Source: a virus. Taken from it: DNA of 64,000 nucleotides. The notes under the pieces are model-generated. The model saw only the letters and a program-made list of their open reading frames with translations. It did no database searches and was not told the origin of the DNA. The position numbers and the translations under genes were made by a program. Each line of letters opens with the position of its first letter. The first letter of the stretch is position 1. Shown here in pieces: positions 34,892-46,000 of this stretch. The stretch spans positions 1 through 64,000 of IMG/VR virus record IMGVR_UViG_3300005056_000002, one strand, 5' to 3'.

Positions 34892-37800
34892 ATGGAAGAC
34901 TTTAAAGCAATGGTTAAGGATACCTTAGCCATTAGAAACCCACCTGGAACTTGGCAGCATGGAAGGAACATGCTAAAGACTAAGAATTTCAGAAGTATTA
35001 CTAATGAAGACGGTCTAAGTTTCGAGTATAATATCAATGGTACTATTATAGGTAGTATTATAACTCCTACTGACAAGGTGTTCTTTAGTAAGAATGAAGA
35101 TGGTACAGATGAAATAGGGAGAGTTAGACTAAGTGTCGAGACCCCTGTTTATGAGACTATATTAAAGAGTACTTTATTTGGTTTCAAAATCAATTGCCCA
35201 ATAGAAGGGGTATTTTATTACAATTTTAAGGGTGATTTAATTGTATCATGGGCTGATGGTATTAAGGACGAAGCTAACAAGCCTTACCTAATGAACCTAG
35301 ATACGCCACCTGTAACCATACTACCTAATAAGACTCTAGCCAATGCAGTAGAGTTTACTAAGCTACGTATGTTTCCTGACGTACAGGAAGGAACTATGGT
35401 TCTAACTAAGATACCAACAGGAAGTATAGAAGGTGACGCTATTTATATTACATATTCTTACGTATTTGATTTAACACAAGACTCCACTAACTTTTTTCCA
35501 GTTAGTGATTTCGTGTATCTAAAACAAGGTGAAGTAACCTTAGAAACTGTATCACCTATCTTACTATCTAAGACAGGGGTAGATATAACGTTAACTAAAC
35601 TAGATACTAACTTCAAGTCATTGAAGCTAGGAATAGTTATTAGTAATGGAGGTACATTAACTGCGTTTGAAAGTCCTGTATTTGATTACACAGGAGATTC
35701 TTTTAATATGACGTTAGTAGCTATTGATAGGTTCACTAGTATAGACCCTTCATTTATTACTATCAGTAAGACTGTATTTGAAAGAATAGAGACTTTTACT
35801 AGTTTTAGTAATAGAAGTGTTGTAGGTAATACAGTTACCAAGCCTGCTTTTGATTTCCAAAAGTACGCTAACTTATTAGAGTTAAAGCCAATAGGGAAAC
35901 ACTACCCTAATAGCCAATTCCTAACTAGTGAGGATACCTTACTACCTGATGAAGTATATGCTTTCTATATGGAAGTAGAGTACTTAGATGGAACGTACTC
36001 CGATGCATTTCATGTACCTAACTTAACACCTGTAGGAACTGAAACTAATGTATTAACAGGAGCGCAAAAAGCTGACTATGATTTGAATACTTTTGCTGCT
36101 GCCAATTATAAACAGTTTCATTTATTCAATACGGGAATTTTAAATTTAGGGAATCCTACTACAAGTAAGTTTGGTTATTGGGAGAACAAGGAAGTCTACC
36201 CTAATACAGATGATTACAATAGTACAATAGATTACCAAGGTGCTGCACTAAGTGGACCAGATTTAAGAGGTACACCTATTAAGTACCATAGAGTACCTAG
36301 TGTAGAAGAAGTTATCAAGTCTAGTACTGTACAGCATTTCTATGCTAAGACTTCTGTAGGAGTAGTGGTAACTAATTTTGATGCTGTAATACCTACTGCT
36401 GTTAAGGCACAGATACAGGGGTATAGATTGAGTTTTGTTAAGCGTACAGCTAGTAATAGTTATGTTGCAGGTAACTGGGGTATGACTAGGAGAGCAACTG
36501 AATCTTTTGCATTGAACTTAGGGGTAGCCCATACACAAGGGGATACTATAGAGACTTATGATTATGTAAACTTCAACGCTAAGAACTTAGATTACTCTGC
36601 ACCTCTTAGTATTAACTTTCAGAAAGGTAGAGTATTTGGTGTAGACTTATTTAAATTTAAACCTTCTATTAATGTAACACATGTTGCGTTTAACTACTTA
36701 CAACCTAATAGTCCTGTTACGGCAGCTCCACCAGAGTTTTTTGCTCCAATCAGGAAGGTTAACAAGTATAGTTTAGTAGAGAAGACTTTAACCTATAAGA
36801 AAGGAAACAACGGAGTAGAAGGTACTCAACATAGAGAAGAAGGTATTAATATAGATTTAGAGAAGTCCTACACACTAGTAGAAGGCGACCCTATAGCTAT
36901 AGGTGTTGGACCTGGTAATCTAGAGGTAAGACATAGGAACTACCTAGCTAATATTACAGGGTTTGTATTTAGAGAAGACTTATATGCTGGATTCAAAAGT
37001 AGTAATTTGGTAGTAGTAGGTAGAGTTAGTAAGGCTGATAATTGGGCTTTAGACTTCTTAAGTGGTGATGTATTTCAAACATCTTTAGTACATGCTTATC
37101 TAGGTGGTTTGACTTACGGTCCTGCTATTGATATTAGATACCAACAGACTACCCAGACTATTATACCTAACTTGTTCTCAGCTATTCATTTAGGTGCTTT
37201 ACATAAGCCTAAGCAAAACATAACTAGTGTATCTGTAGCTGACTCAACAGGAGGGGATGCAGTAGCTGACCCTGAGATTCTAAATGCTATACCTACAGAG
37301 ATAAAGGTAACAGAAGCTTTTGGGTCTGTAGTTATAAACAACTTAAGTACTATCTTAACTGCTAATTTCTTAAAGGTAAACATAAACAAGTTCCCTTATA
37401 GAGTTAATAGGAGTATAGTTACTTCTAATGAGTCTTTGAGTGAGGGTTCTTTAAGGACGTTCTTAATTAATGACTATTATGAAATGCCTAACAGTAAGGG
37501 AGACATAATAGCTATTAGAGCTTCTGATAGACGTATCTATATACAACATAGGTATACTCTATACTTAGCAGCATTGAAGGATAAGTTGAATACCAAAGAA
37601 GGGGAGACTTACTTAGGTATAAGTGATATATTCTCTAGACCGCCCGAAGAGTTCTTATCAGATGATAAAGGAACTGTAGGTAGTACTTCTAGGTTTGCTT
37701 GTCAGATGATTAAAGGAATGTATGCTACTCTAAATCAAGAGACAGGGCAGATATTCCTTATAAAGAATGACATCAAAGAGATAAGTGCTAATGGTAATAA

Positions 37801-38710
37801 AAACTGGTTTTGGAACAACTGGGATATTGGATTAGATTATTATGAGTTAAATGCTAAAGGGCAGAAACAAAGAATAGATAATCCTTACATAAGTGTAGGT
37901 CAGCTAATAGGATACGACAAAGAGTATGACAGGTTGTTGTTTACTAAGAAGTTCTTTAGATTTACTAGACCTGATTTACTACTAGGTTCTGTACCTGCTG
38001 CACAACGTATTGTGTTCGATGGTGAGTTCTATGTATTGAATGGAGTATTACTAGAGTTTACTAATACTGATTACTTTGTTAATGAGAGTATAACTAAGAG
38101 TTATTCCTTGGAAGAAGGTGGTTGGTTATTTGACCACGATTATTTTCCAAATTTGATTTATTATACAATATCAGACCTATATAGTATCACTAATAAGTTA
38201 ACAGGAATCAATAGGGCTAGAGTTTATAAACATAATGATAAGGCTTCAAAAGGTCTGTATTATGGTAATAAATTTGAAAGTTACATTGATTTGATCTTTA
38301 ACGGAAACTTGGATATTACTAAATTGTACCAAAGTATTCTATGGGTAACTACTGTTACTAACGCACAAGGGGGAGTAGAGCAGTTTAAGACTATAACAGG
38401 ATTGATGCTGTACAATGAGAACCAATGTAGTGGGCTAATAGATTTAAAGATGGAAGGTGTAAACCCTATTAAAGGTAGGATTAACGAATGGAGTTTTAAT
38501 GACTTTAGAGACTTGTTGCTAGATGCGACTTCCCCTATAATAGAAGATAGTGGAGTCCTTAATGTAACTAACATAAATAATAGTAAGATTTGGTTTGATA
38601 AGTCGAATTTTATTAGTAAATTTATAACGGTAAGACTTATCGTTGATAATATAGATAATAACAACGTAGCCTTACATAAGGTTAATGTTAAGAGTATAAT
38701 TACTAAATAA
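34892..38710 (+). CDS. large tail/virion structural protein (1272 aa)
   Basis: Uninterrupted 3.8-kb ORF just before the internal-protein genes. Beta-rich sequence. The position is analogous to nozzle/tubular-tail proteins of podophages (inference). Confidence 0.55.
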   Translation: MEDFKAMVKDTLAIRNPPGTWQHGRNMLKTKNFRSITNEDGLSFEYNINGTIIGSIITPTDKVFFSKNEDGTDEIGRVRLSVETPVYETILKSTLFGFKINCPIEGVFYYNFKGDLIVSWADGIKDEANKPYLMNLDTPPVTILPNKTLANAVEFTKLRMFPDVQEGTMVLTKIPTGSIEGDAIYITYSYVFDLTQDSTNFFPVSDFVYLKQGEVTLETVSPILLSKTGVDITLTKLDTNFKSLKLGIVISNGGTLTAFESPVFDYTGDSFNMTLVAIDRFTSIDPSFITISKTVFERIETFTSFSNRSVVGNTVTKPAFDFQKYANLLELKPIGKHYPNSQFLTSEDTLLPDEVYAFYMEVEYLDGTYSDAFHVPNLTPVGTETNVLTGAQKADYDLNTFAAANYKQFHLFNTGILNLGNPTTSKFGYWENKEVYPNTDDYNSTIDYQGAALSGPDLRGTPIKYHRVPSVEEVIKSSTVQHFYAKTSVGVVVTNFDAVIPTAVKAQIQGYRLSFVKRTASNSYVAGNWGMTRRATESFALNLGVAHTQGDTIETYDYVNFNAKNLDYSAPLSINFQKGRVFGVDLFKFKPSINVTHVAFNYLQPNSPVTAAPPEFFAPIRKVNKYSLVEKTLTYKKGNNGVEGTQHREEGINIDLEKSYTLVEGDPIAIGVGPGNLEVRHRNYLANITGFVFREDLYAGFKSSNLVVVGRVSKADNWALDFLSGDVFQTSLVHAYLGGLTYGPAIDIRYQQTTQTIIPNLFSAIHLGALHKPKQNITSVSVADSTGGDAVADPEILNAIPTEIKVTEAFGSVVINNLSTILTANFLKVNINKFPYRVNRSIVTSNESLSEGSLRTFLINDYYEMPNSKGDIIAIRASDRRIYIQHRYTLYLAALKDKLNTKEGETYLGISDIFSRPPEEFLSDDKGTVGSTSRFACQMIKGMYATLNQETGQIFLIKNDIKEISANGNKNWFWNNWDIGLDYYELNAKGQKQRIDNPYISVGQLIGYDKEYDRLLFTKKFFRFTRPDLLLGSVPAAQRIVFDGEFYVLNGVLLEFTNTDYFVNESITKSYSLEEGGWLFDHDYFPNLIYYTISDLYSITNKLTGINRARVYKHNDKASKGLYYGNKFESYIDLIFNGNLDITKLYQSILWVTTVTNAQGGVEQFKTITGLMLYNENQCSGLIDLKMEGVNPIKGRINEWSFNDFRDLLLDATSPIIEDSGVLNVTNINNSKIWFDKSNFISKFITVRLIVDNIDNNNVALHKVNVKSIITK

Positions 38711-38716
38711 CTAACA

Positions 38717-40261
38717 ATGGCAAAGCATAATAAAAGAGGTAGAGCAGTACCTAAAGCCTTACTAGGTGCGCTAATAAGTACAGGAGTAAGTGCTGTTACT
38801 GGTATGATAGCATCTGATAGAGCTAAGAAGGAAGCTGACAAGAAAAGAAGAACAGGAATAGCTGTTCAGAAAGGTAACGAACGTTTAGAAGACATAAACG
38901 AGTTACAAGACTTCGATACCGAAGGACAAGGAGCAGTTGATTACTACAAAAATGGGGGGAAAATTGACCCCCCTGCTAAGAAGGGTAATCCTCATACACC
39001 TAGAAGTACAGCTTACAGAAGGTATGAAACTACTGCTAGAAACAAGTCAGCTAGAACAGTAAAAGGAGCTGGAATTGGAGCTAAAAGAGCTAATCCTAAA
39101 GGAAGGAAAGTAACAAGTGGTTCAGTTAACTCTTATGGTAAAGGGGGTAGAATCAACCCGAACTCCACTTATTCTACTACAGGGGGAAAATTAGTTCCCA
39201 TATCGAAAGATATGAATTTAGCTGTAGGTAACAAACATGGAGAGACTAAGATAGATGGTACATCAGGTATCAAGCTAAAGAAAGGTGGTAAAGCTATTGT
39301 AGAGGTTGAAGGAGGAGAACCAATCAAGAATGACAAGATGGTTTATAGTGATAGACTATCTCCAGATGGTGGTAAGACTTACGCAGGTAAAGCTGTGGAT
39401 TTAGCTACTAAGAAGCACGCTGCTAAAGGTAATAGAGCTAGAGTAAATCAACTAGATAAGGCTGAAAATGCTTTATTTGCTAAACAGGAGAACTCTAAGA
39501 AAGGTGGTAAGAAGGATGGTAGAGCTATTCCTAAAGCTGGATTTGGAGATTTCATAGGTAAGGCTTTTTCTAAGAAGAACCTTAAGGGTACAGCAGAGAG
39601 CCTTATACCTGCTATTGATAATATAGGTAATGCTATTATTAATGCTAACACACCTAAGATACAAGGTCCTAGTTTAACTAGAAGAAAGGCAGGTAAGACT
39701 ACAGTAAATGTAAACCCACAACTAGCAGAGACTCAAAGAGCTGTTAATGATGTTGCAGGTAATGTACAACAAAACACTTCTAATAGTGCTGTTGCTAGGT
39801 CTAATATTGCTTCTGCTAGATTAAAGGGTGCTAATCAGAAAGGTAGAATACTTGCAGGTAAGGAGAACGCAGAGACAGCCTTAATCAATGCAGAGAATGA
39901 TAAGCAAGCAAGAGTTAATGCTTCTAATGCTGATAAGGTAGATAGAAACAATATGCAGCAAACTCAGAGAGCTGATGCGGTAGGTGCTAGAACTAGTGCT
40001 AATTTAGCTAATCTTGCAGGAGACTTTATTGATAAGAAGAACTTTGATTCTAAAGAAGCTTACAATAAGGACAGGGTGGATATAGCAAAGCAAATGTATA
40101 ACAAGGGAACTACTGCTAGAGCAGATGCTTTATTAGCTTCCCCTGCGGAACAAGCAGAAGAAGAGGAAAGACTACGAAAGATGCGAGGAGGTATCAGAGG
40201 TGGTAATAGAAAGTTTAGAGCAAGAGGTTCTAATCAAAATTTAGGAACAAGACTAACATAA
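38717..40261 (+). CDS. highly basic low-complexity protein (514 aa), putative internal/ejected virion protein
   Basis: Lys/Arg/Gly/Asn/Ala-rich throughout (KKGNPHTPRSTAYRRYETTARNKSARTVKGAGIGAKRANPKGRK...). Sits between the tail gene and the SLT-containing protein. Confidence 0.5.
   Translation: MAKHNKRGRAVPKALLGALISTGVSAVTGMIASDRAKKEADKKRRTGIAVQKGNERLEDINELQDFDTEGQGAVDYYKNGGKIDPPAKKGNPHTPRSTAYRRYETTARNKSARTVKGAGIGAKRANPKGRKVTSGSVNSYGKGGRINPNSTYSTTGGKLVPISKDMNLAVGNKHGETKIDGTSGIKLKKGGKAIVEVEGGEPIKNDKMVYSDRLSPDGGKTYAGKAVDLATKKHAAKGNRARVNQLDKAENALFAKQENSKKGGKKDGRAIPKAGFGDFIGKAFSKKNLKGTAESLIPAIDNIGNAIINANTPKIQGPSLTRRKAGKTTVNVNPQLAETQRAVNDVAGNVQQNTSNSAVARSNIASARLKGANQKGRILAGKENAETALINAENDKQARVNASNADKVDRNNMQQTQRADAVGARTSANLANLAGDFIDKKNFDSKEAYNKDRVDIAKQMYNKGTTARADALLASPAEQAEEEERLRKMRGGIRGGNRKFRARGSNQNLGTRLT
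39162..39186 (+). repeat. ACTCC-N-ACAGGG motif copy (inside 38717..40261, phase 1)
   Basis: ACTCCACTTATTCTACTACAGGGGG, spacer 12. Confidence 0.8.
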
Positions 40262-40267
40262 GATAAT

Positions 40268-43072
40268 ATGCCTAAAATATTTAGTGATTTAAGTTATAAC
40301 AACAGAACCTTAAAACCAGTAGGTCGTCCAGTGGACGACCTTGCTGCGTTATACAAAAAGAAGGATGCAGATTATAACTATGTGGTGGATAATCAACACA
40401 AGATCAAAACTGCACTAGGTAACATACCTACAGCAGCAGGAAGTCAAGGTGACCAAGACCTCGTATTAGCAGCACAGCAATCAGCTGCTAAGACTATGGG
40501 TGGTTTCGGACCAGACTTAGAGAACAAAGTAATAGATACTAAGAATCTAGCTAACGACATTTCTAACAACTTCGGGTTATCGGAGATTCAAAAGAGTGCT
40601 AAACAACAAGGAGCTTATGAAGGTGGACTTAAAGAGAGGTTTGATAAAGGCGAGATTAGCCAAGGGCAGTATAATAATGCTGTTGCCTATTCTCGTAATA
40701 ACTACAAGGGGATATCTAAAGACCCAAGGACTGGACTATATAGCGGTTCGTACAGCGGTAGAAGTGTTTCAGACTATATAGATGTATCTAAAGAAGTAGC
40801 AGGAGTTCTTAAGGGATTCAAAGCTGACGAGATACCGTTAACTTTCCAAGGTAAGAGTATTGTTAAAGACCCTAATGGAACTGGGTATCTAATGTATGGT
40901 ACTAACAAGAAGGTTAGTGAAGCTGACTTGATTGAATCTGCTAAGACCTACATGAAAGGTAATGACCTAATACAAGGACAGTTTGATGAAGAAGTCTTCT
41001 ATGAACTTAATGGTATGGGTAAAGTAGGTATTAATGACATCAAAAAGCTACTAGCACAGGGTGTAAATACTGAAATTGCGGAATCGTTGGGTATAAAATC
41101 TGCCAAGGATTTAGCCACTTTGAGCGAAACTTTACAGAAGCAAGGAATCACTTTAGAGGACGCTTATAAGACTTTGAGAAAAGACCAACTTACTACAGAT
41201 GCAATGCAATTGGGTGTCGCAAAAGAAGGATTTGAAGAATATAAGCTTAAATACATGAAGCCTATAGTTGATAAGGTTGGTACAGGTACAGGTAAAGGTA
41301 AAGGTAGTGCAGCTGAGAGAGGTTTAATGACTATTAATAGAATAGGTGTTACACAAAGAGTATCTCCTACTGACTATACTGCACTTAGAGCAGGTAAGAA
41401 AGAGATTACAGCTACTATTACTACTCAAATGGCTAAATTGAAGTCTATGCAGGCTGCTATTAAGACTGACCCTAGTATCTCTACAGGAGTTATTAATGAC
41501 TTGAAGAGAAGTATTGATACAGGTAACAGAGACTTAGAGGATTTAGAGAGACAAGAGAACAGTATCAAGTCTTTCATTGTAGATAAGTCTAAGATAGACT
41601 TTGATGCTGAATACGCTGAGTACGTTAGTCTACAGAGTAATAGACAATCTATAGCTAAGTCTGGTTCACCTCAAGGTATGTCAGGTGGGAAGTTTAAGGT
41701 AATGTCTAAGAAGAAGTTTATTAATGATGCTATTAACCACTATATACAAGGAGAAGATGATGGTCTATTTGGTTCTAAGTACATCAAGCCTAGTTCAGGT
41801 CTAATATCAGGTTCTGATCCTGAATGGGCAGCTAGTAAGATAGCAGCTAAGATGGGTAAGATGATTGATAACCCAATGACAGAAGATGCATTTACCTTTG
41901 TTGTAGGTAACGCTGATAAGAAGACTCACTTACCTTATAGAAACTTACTAAGTGTGATGACTCAGAACTTAAAGAGTACACCTAAGAACTTTGTAACACC
42001 TGATGGTAAGGATTTATTTGCTAACATAGAAGATGAACTAAATGTAAATTTAGAGGATATAGATTTAAACTCGTTTAAAGTTACACCTCTATTAGAATAC
42101 AAGAATGGTAAGCCTGCTTATGCTGTTACTGTTTATAGTAATAGAACTAAGACTGGTAAGACTAAGAACCTAGGTAAGGTTATTGTTAACTATAACGGAA
42201 GTCCTGTAGGTCATGAACAGCTTATTAATAAGATATCAGTAGAGGAAGCTAAGTTCTATGCAGCTAAACACGCAGAGCAACCATTAGAAGGTCATGACTT
42301 AACTATCTATAGAAAGCTAGCTAAGACTTATATTAACAGTATGCCAGGAGGTAAAGAGCTAGATAGACTTAATATCTATACTGCTCAACCCGATGTACCG
42401 TTAAAGTGGAAGATAAATGAAGACTCTAGTGTGAACATTGTACCGAAAAAAGCTAGTGCCGATGGAGATTTCGGTGATGTGGTTTTTGAGTTACAAAACA
42501 ATGATGGTCAAGTATTTGGTATCAATAAAGATGGAAAAGAAGTGTGGGATTTACCCGAAAATCTAAAAGAAAGTCATACCTTTAGTGGTGCGGATGAATT
42601 GAAAGAAGTAGTAGGTACACAGATGCTAAACAACCATCTAAACAAACCAACTACTCCTGTTAATGATATTAACGCTAATAAAGTAATTGATATTAATAAG
42701 GTAATACAAGCAGAAAGCGGTGGTAGACCCGATGTAGTTAACACTAAGAGTGGAGCTACTGGCTTAATGCAATTATTACCTAATGGTCATAAACTAGGAA
42801 GTCCTGTAGATGACTTCAATAAACTAAATGGAACTGCGTATACTGCGGAGGACTTAAAGAAGCCCGAAGTAAACAAGCAAATTGGAACTTGGTATTTACA
42901 GACTAAGATACCCCAAATGATGGCTAGGTATAACTTACCTGATAACTCAGCTTATAGACTTATAGGTTATAACTGGGGGATAGGTAATCTAAAGAAATGG
43001 CATGAGAACGGAGCAGACTACAACAAGTTGCCCGAAGAGACTAGGAATTATATAACTAAGATTTTAAATTAA
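40268..43072 (+). CDS. internal virion protein with C-terminal lytic transglycosylase domain
   Basis: 934 aa. The C-terminus has SLT motifs IQAESGGRP (catalytic Glu-Ser), SGATGLMQLLP and IGYNWGIGN. Analogous to T7 gp16-type ejection proteins. Confidence 0.7.
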   Translation: MPKIFSDLSYNNRTLKPVGRPVDDLAALYKKKDADYNYVVDNQHKIKTALGNIPTAAGSQGDQDLVLAAQQSAAKTMGGFGPDLENKVIDTKNLANDISNNFGLSEIQKSAKQQGAYEGGLKERFDKGEISQGQYNNAVAYSRNNYKGISKDPRTGLYSGSYSGRSVSDYIDVSKEVAGVLKGFKADEIPLTFQGKSIVKDPNGTGYLMYGTNKKVSEADLIESAKTYMKGNDLIQGQFDEEVFYELNGMGKVGINDIKKLLAQGVNTEIAESLGIKSAKDLATLSETLQKQGITLEDAYKTLRKDQLTTDAMQLGVAKEGFEEYKLKYMKPIVDKVGTGTGKGKGSAAERGLMTINRIGVTQRVSPTDYTALRAGKKEITATITTQMAKLKSMQAAIKTDPSISTGVINDLKRSIDTGNRDLEDLERQENSIKSFIVDKSKIDFDAEYAEYVSLQSNRQSIAKSGSPQGMSGGKFKVMSKKKFINDAINHYIQGEDDGLFGSKYIKPSSGLISGSDPEWAASKIAAKMGKMIDNPMTEDAFTFVVGNADKKTHLPYRNLLSVMTQNLKSTPKNFVTPDGKDLFANIEDELNVNLEDIDLNSFKVTPLLEYKNGKPAYAVTVYSNRTKTGKTKNLGKVIVNYNGSPVGHEQLINKISVEEAKFYAAKHAEQPLEGHDLTIYRKLAKTYINSMPGGKELDRLNIYTAQPDVPLKWKINEDSSVNIVPKKASADGDFGDVVFELQNNDGQVFGINKDGKEVWDLPENLKESHTFSGADELKEVVGTQMLNNHLNKPTTPVNDINANKVIDINKVIQAESGGRPDVVNTKSGATGLMQLLPNGHKLGSPVDDFNKLNGTAYTAEDLKKPEVNKQIGTWYLQTKIPQMMARYNLPDNSAYRLIGYNWGIGNLKKWHENGADYNKLPEETRNYITKILN
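42665..43069 (+). other. SLT-like lytic transglycosylase domain (aa ~800-934 of 40268..43072)
   Basis: E-S at 42713..42718, then GLMQ and YNxG motifs in canonical order. Confidence 0.7.
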
Positions 43073-43078
43073 ATCACA

Positions 43079-46000
43079 ATGGGTAAACAAAAGAGTAAGG
43101 CTGTTAATACTAACAGCCTTTTTGGTGGTCTTGACACTACTAATACTACTACACCTGATGATACTGGCGGTTTACTAGCTGGAATGAGTGCCTTTAAACG
43201 AGGCACTTTTTCTACGTTAGAAAATACTGATAAAGGTGTTGACTTGGACAACTACAAGCATTTAGGCGAAGGCTTAATTAACTTTGGTAGTGTGGAACAA
43301 GCTAACACAACTAGAGCTAGGAATCAGAGTAATTGGGAACAAGTATATCACGCAGGGGCTAAGTTCTTGCCTAACGTAGCGTTAGAGATACTTAACCAAG
43401 CAGGTAGTATTCTTGATGTCGAAGACTACTTTAACAGTGATGATGAACTAGGAAACTGGTTAAGTACTTGGGCTACAGAACAGAAAGCTGCAAGTAACGC
43501 CCGTTCACCTATCTACAGGGAAAACGAAGGGGAAGCATTAGACTTCGGGGACTTCGCTTGGTGGATGGAGAATGGAAGTAGCTTAGTAGAGAGCGTAACT
43601 GCTTTTGCTGCTGTAGGTTTCGCTACAGGTGGAGCTAACTTAGCTGCATTAAACAGAGGTGCTAAAGCTTTAGAGTTCTTTAAAGTTCTTGGTAAAGGTA
43701 AAGCTGCTGCTAGTGGTACTAAAGCTGCTATACAAGGTGCAGCTACCGTTAACAATGCTTTCTTATTGAACCATGCGGAAGGTATGGGTATTGCAACTAG
43801 CGTATATGCTACAGTTTATAAACGTGAGTTAGAGAAGCTACAAGCAGCAGGTAATAAAGATGCTGATGCGTTAGCTAAGAAGAAAGCAGCTAAACAAGGT
43901 GAAAGTGCTTTAAGTGCTAATAGAATCAATATGGTATTGAATCTATCTAGTGCTAGCTTATTCATGAAGACTCCTGCTTTAACTAGACAGGTAAGAAAAG
44001 CTGTATCTAGTAAGAAGAACATTAGTAGAGCTGTAGGAGAAGGATTCCAAGAGTCAGGAGAAGAGACTATCAACATGTTGGCTGAGAAGCAAGCATTGGA
44101 CGATGACTACGGATTCACTAAAGGTCTTGAAGATGTATTAAGTAAAGAAGGGTTTGAAGCACAACTACTTGGTTTTGTAGGTGGAGCAGGACAAACAGGA
44201 CTTACTAATGCAGGTAGGAGATTGAAGCTAAGAAAGGACGAAAAAGGTTCAAGAATTAGTGATAATACCTTACAGAATCGTGCGTATGCGAAGCAGAAAG
44301 AGAGCCTAGATAAAATTGCAGAAATGAGTAAGGGCGAAAAATTATCGACCAGTTCTGATGCGATTATGAGGTCTAAAGAAGTTTTTCAATTACATAGAGA
44401 GATAGATCAAGCATTTGAAGATGGTGATACTCCTAAGTTTGAACAGCTTAAAGGTCAACTATTGAGTAACCAAGCTTACGATGCTTTTAGTAATGGTACT
44501 ACTGAGCAGCTAATTAACGTCTTTAAAGGTATTAAGGATATGGATGTAGAAGCTGCTGGTGATAAAGGTATGGACGTTAAGACTTATAAAGACCAAGCTA
44601 CAGAAGCTATTGACTTTATAGAAGGTCTTGAAGTAGAGTTCAACAAATCACAAGCGTTTGTTAATGCTGCTGATGTTTATAGCAATAGAGCTAGGAATAC
44701 ACAACTACGTACTAGAAAGGCTAAGTTAGAAGCTAACTTACCTAAGATAGTTGAGGAAGTTAAGCAAGATTTGGCAGACCTAGGAGTTAAGGAAGAAGAG
44801 ATAGAGATTGATGGTCAATTGGCTTTCAAGATTAAGACTAAGAAGAATATAGAAGGTCTTGCAAGTCTTGCAGATTATAAGGCGAGTTTGGGGGAAATCA
44901 GAGAAATCAGAAGGACTCAAACACGACTTGGACAAAGACACTTAAAGCTTACCTCAGCCGAGGAACAAACTAAGATCAAAGAGAAGATTAGAAAAGGTCA
45001 AGAAGAATTAGCAGAGGAAGCTTTGGAAGATGAGTTAGCCCCTGTAAAGAAGAAGGCTACGGAGCAAAAGGCGGCTGTAGTTCAAACTGCCGAAGATAAC
45101 AAGGTTGTTAAAGCGCAAGAAGATGCTGCTGCGGCTATAGCTAAGGCTAATCCTACTGCACCTGCTGCACCTACTACTGACCAATCTTATACATTCAAGT
45201 CTGATAACCCAGGTTTAGTTACTGTAGTTGATGGTGCTAATAAAGTAATGGCTTCTAAAGTTCCTACTAAGAGTAAGATAGAATCTCTTAAAAGAGGTAT
45301 AGCTCACTTAACTAAGAACGCACACTTAGAAGGTATGTCAGGTATCATAGCACAACACACAGAAGCTATTAGAGTATTGGAAGCAGAAGAGGAAGCTCAA
45401 CAAGCTCAACAAGCTCAAAGTTCTATGGACAACAGTGATATAGATAGTGCTTTAGATGGTTTAGCTAATGATATGTCTCCTGACGAGTTTGATGGTGATG
45501 TTGCTTTAGAGCAAGATAGTTATGATGGTGACCAAGACCCTATCTCACAAGATAAGGAAGAACAGATAGTAGGACAAGTTAGAAAGCTTATCCATGCTTT
45601 GAATGTAATGGAAGATGCTGGTTTAGATACTAGTAACTTTAAGGTAGTTTCTGATAGACTACAAAAGACTGTAGGAGAAGAGAAGCACCACAAGATATTT
45701 GAGAAGTTCAAGAGTTTATATAACCTTACAGGTCAATCACCTGTGCCTGTTGTTGATACTTATGAGAGTCTTTACTTTACTGATGCTGAGAATGAAGCAA
45801 TAGCAAGTAATGACCAAATAGTACGTGCTGATAGTATCTTAAATGATTTTTATTCTCATACTGCTTTTGGATTCAAATTAGAGGAAAAAAGAGCATTAAA
45901 AGAGTACATAGAATCACAAGGGTATAAAGTTAATGCTAAAGAGAATGTAACGGAAGCAGACAGCTTTAAAATCGTTGAAGCTTATAATAAGGTTGCCCAT

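Noticed and set aside
33342-38841. Longer antisense ORFs 33342..33821 (159 aa) and 38281..38841 (186 aa)
   Set aside because: Each spans a junction of two co-directional + strand genes. They have Leu/Ser/Ile-rich low-complexity translations with no start context. The + strand genes are tightly coupled, so these are almost certainly not expressed proteins.
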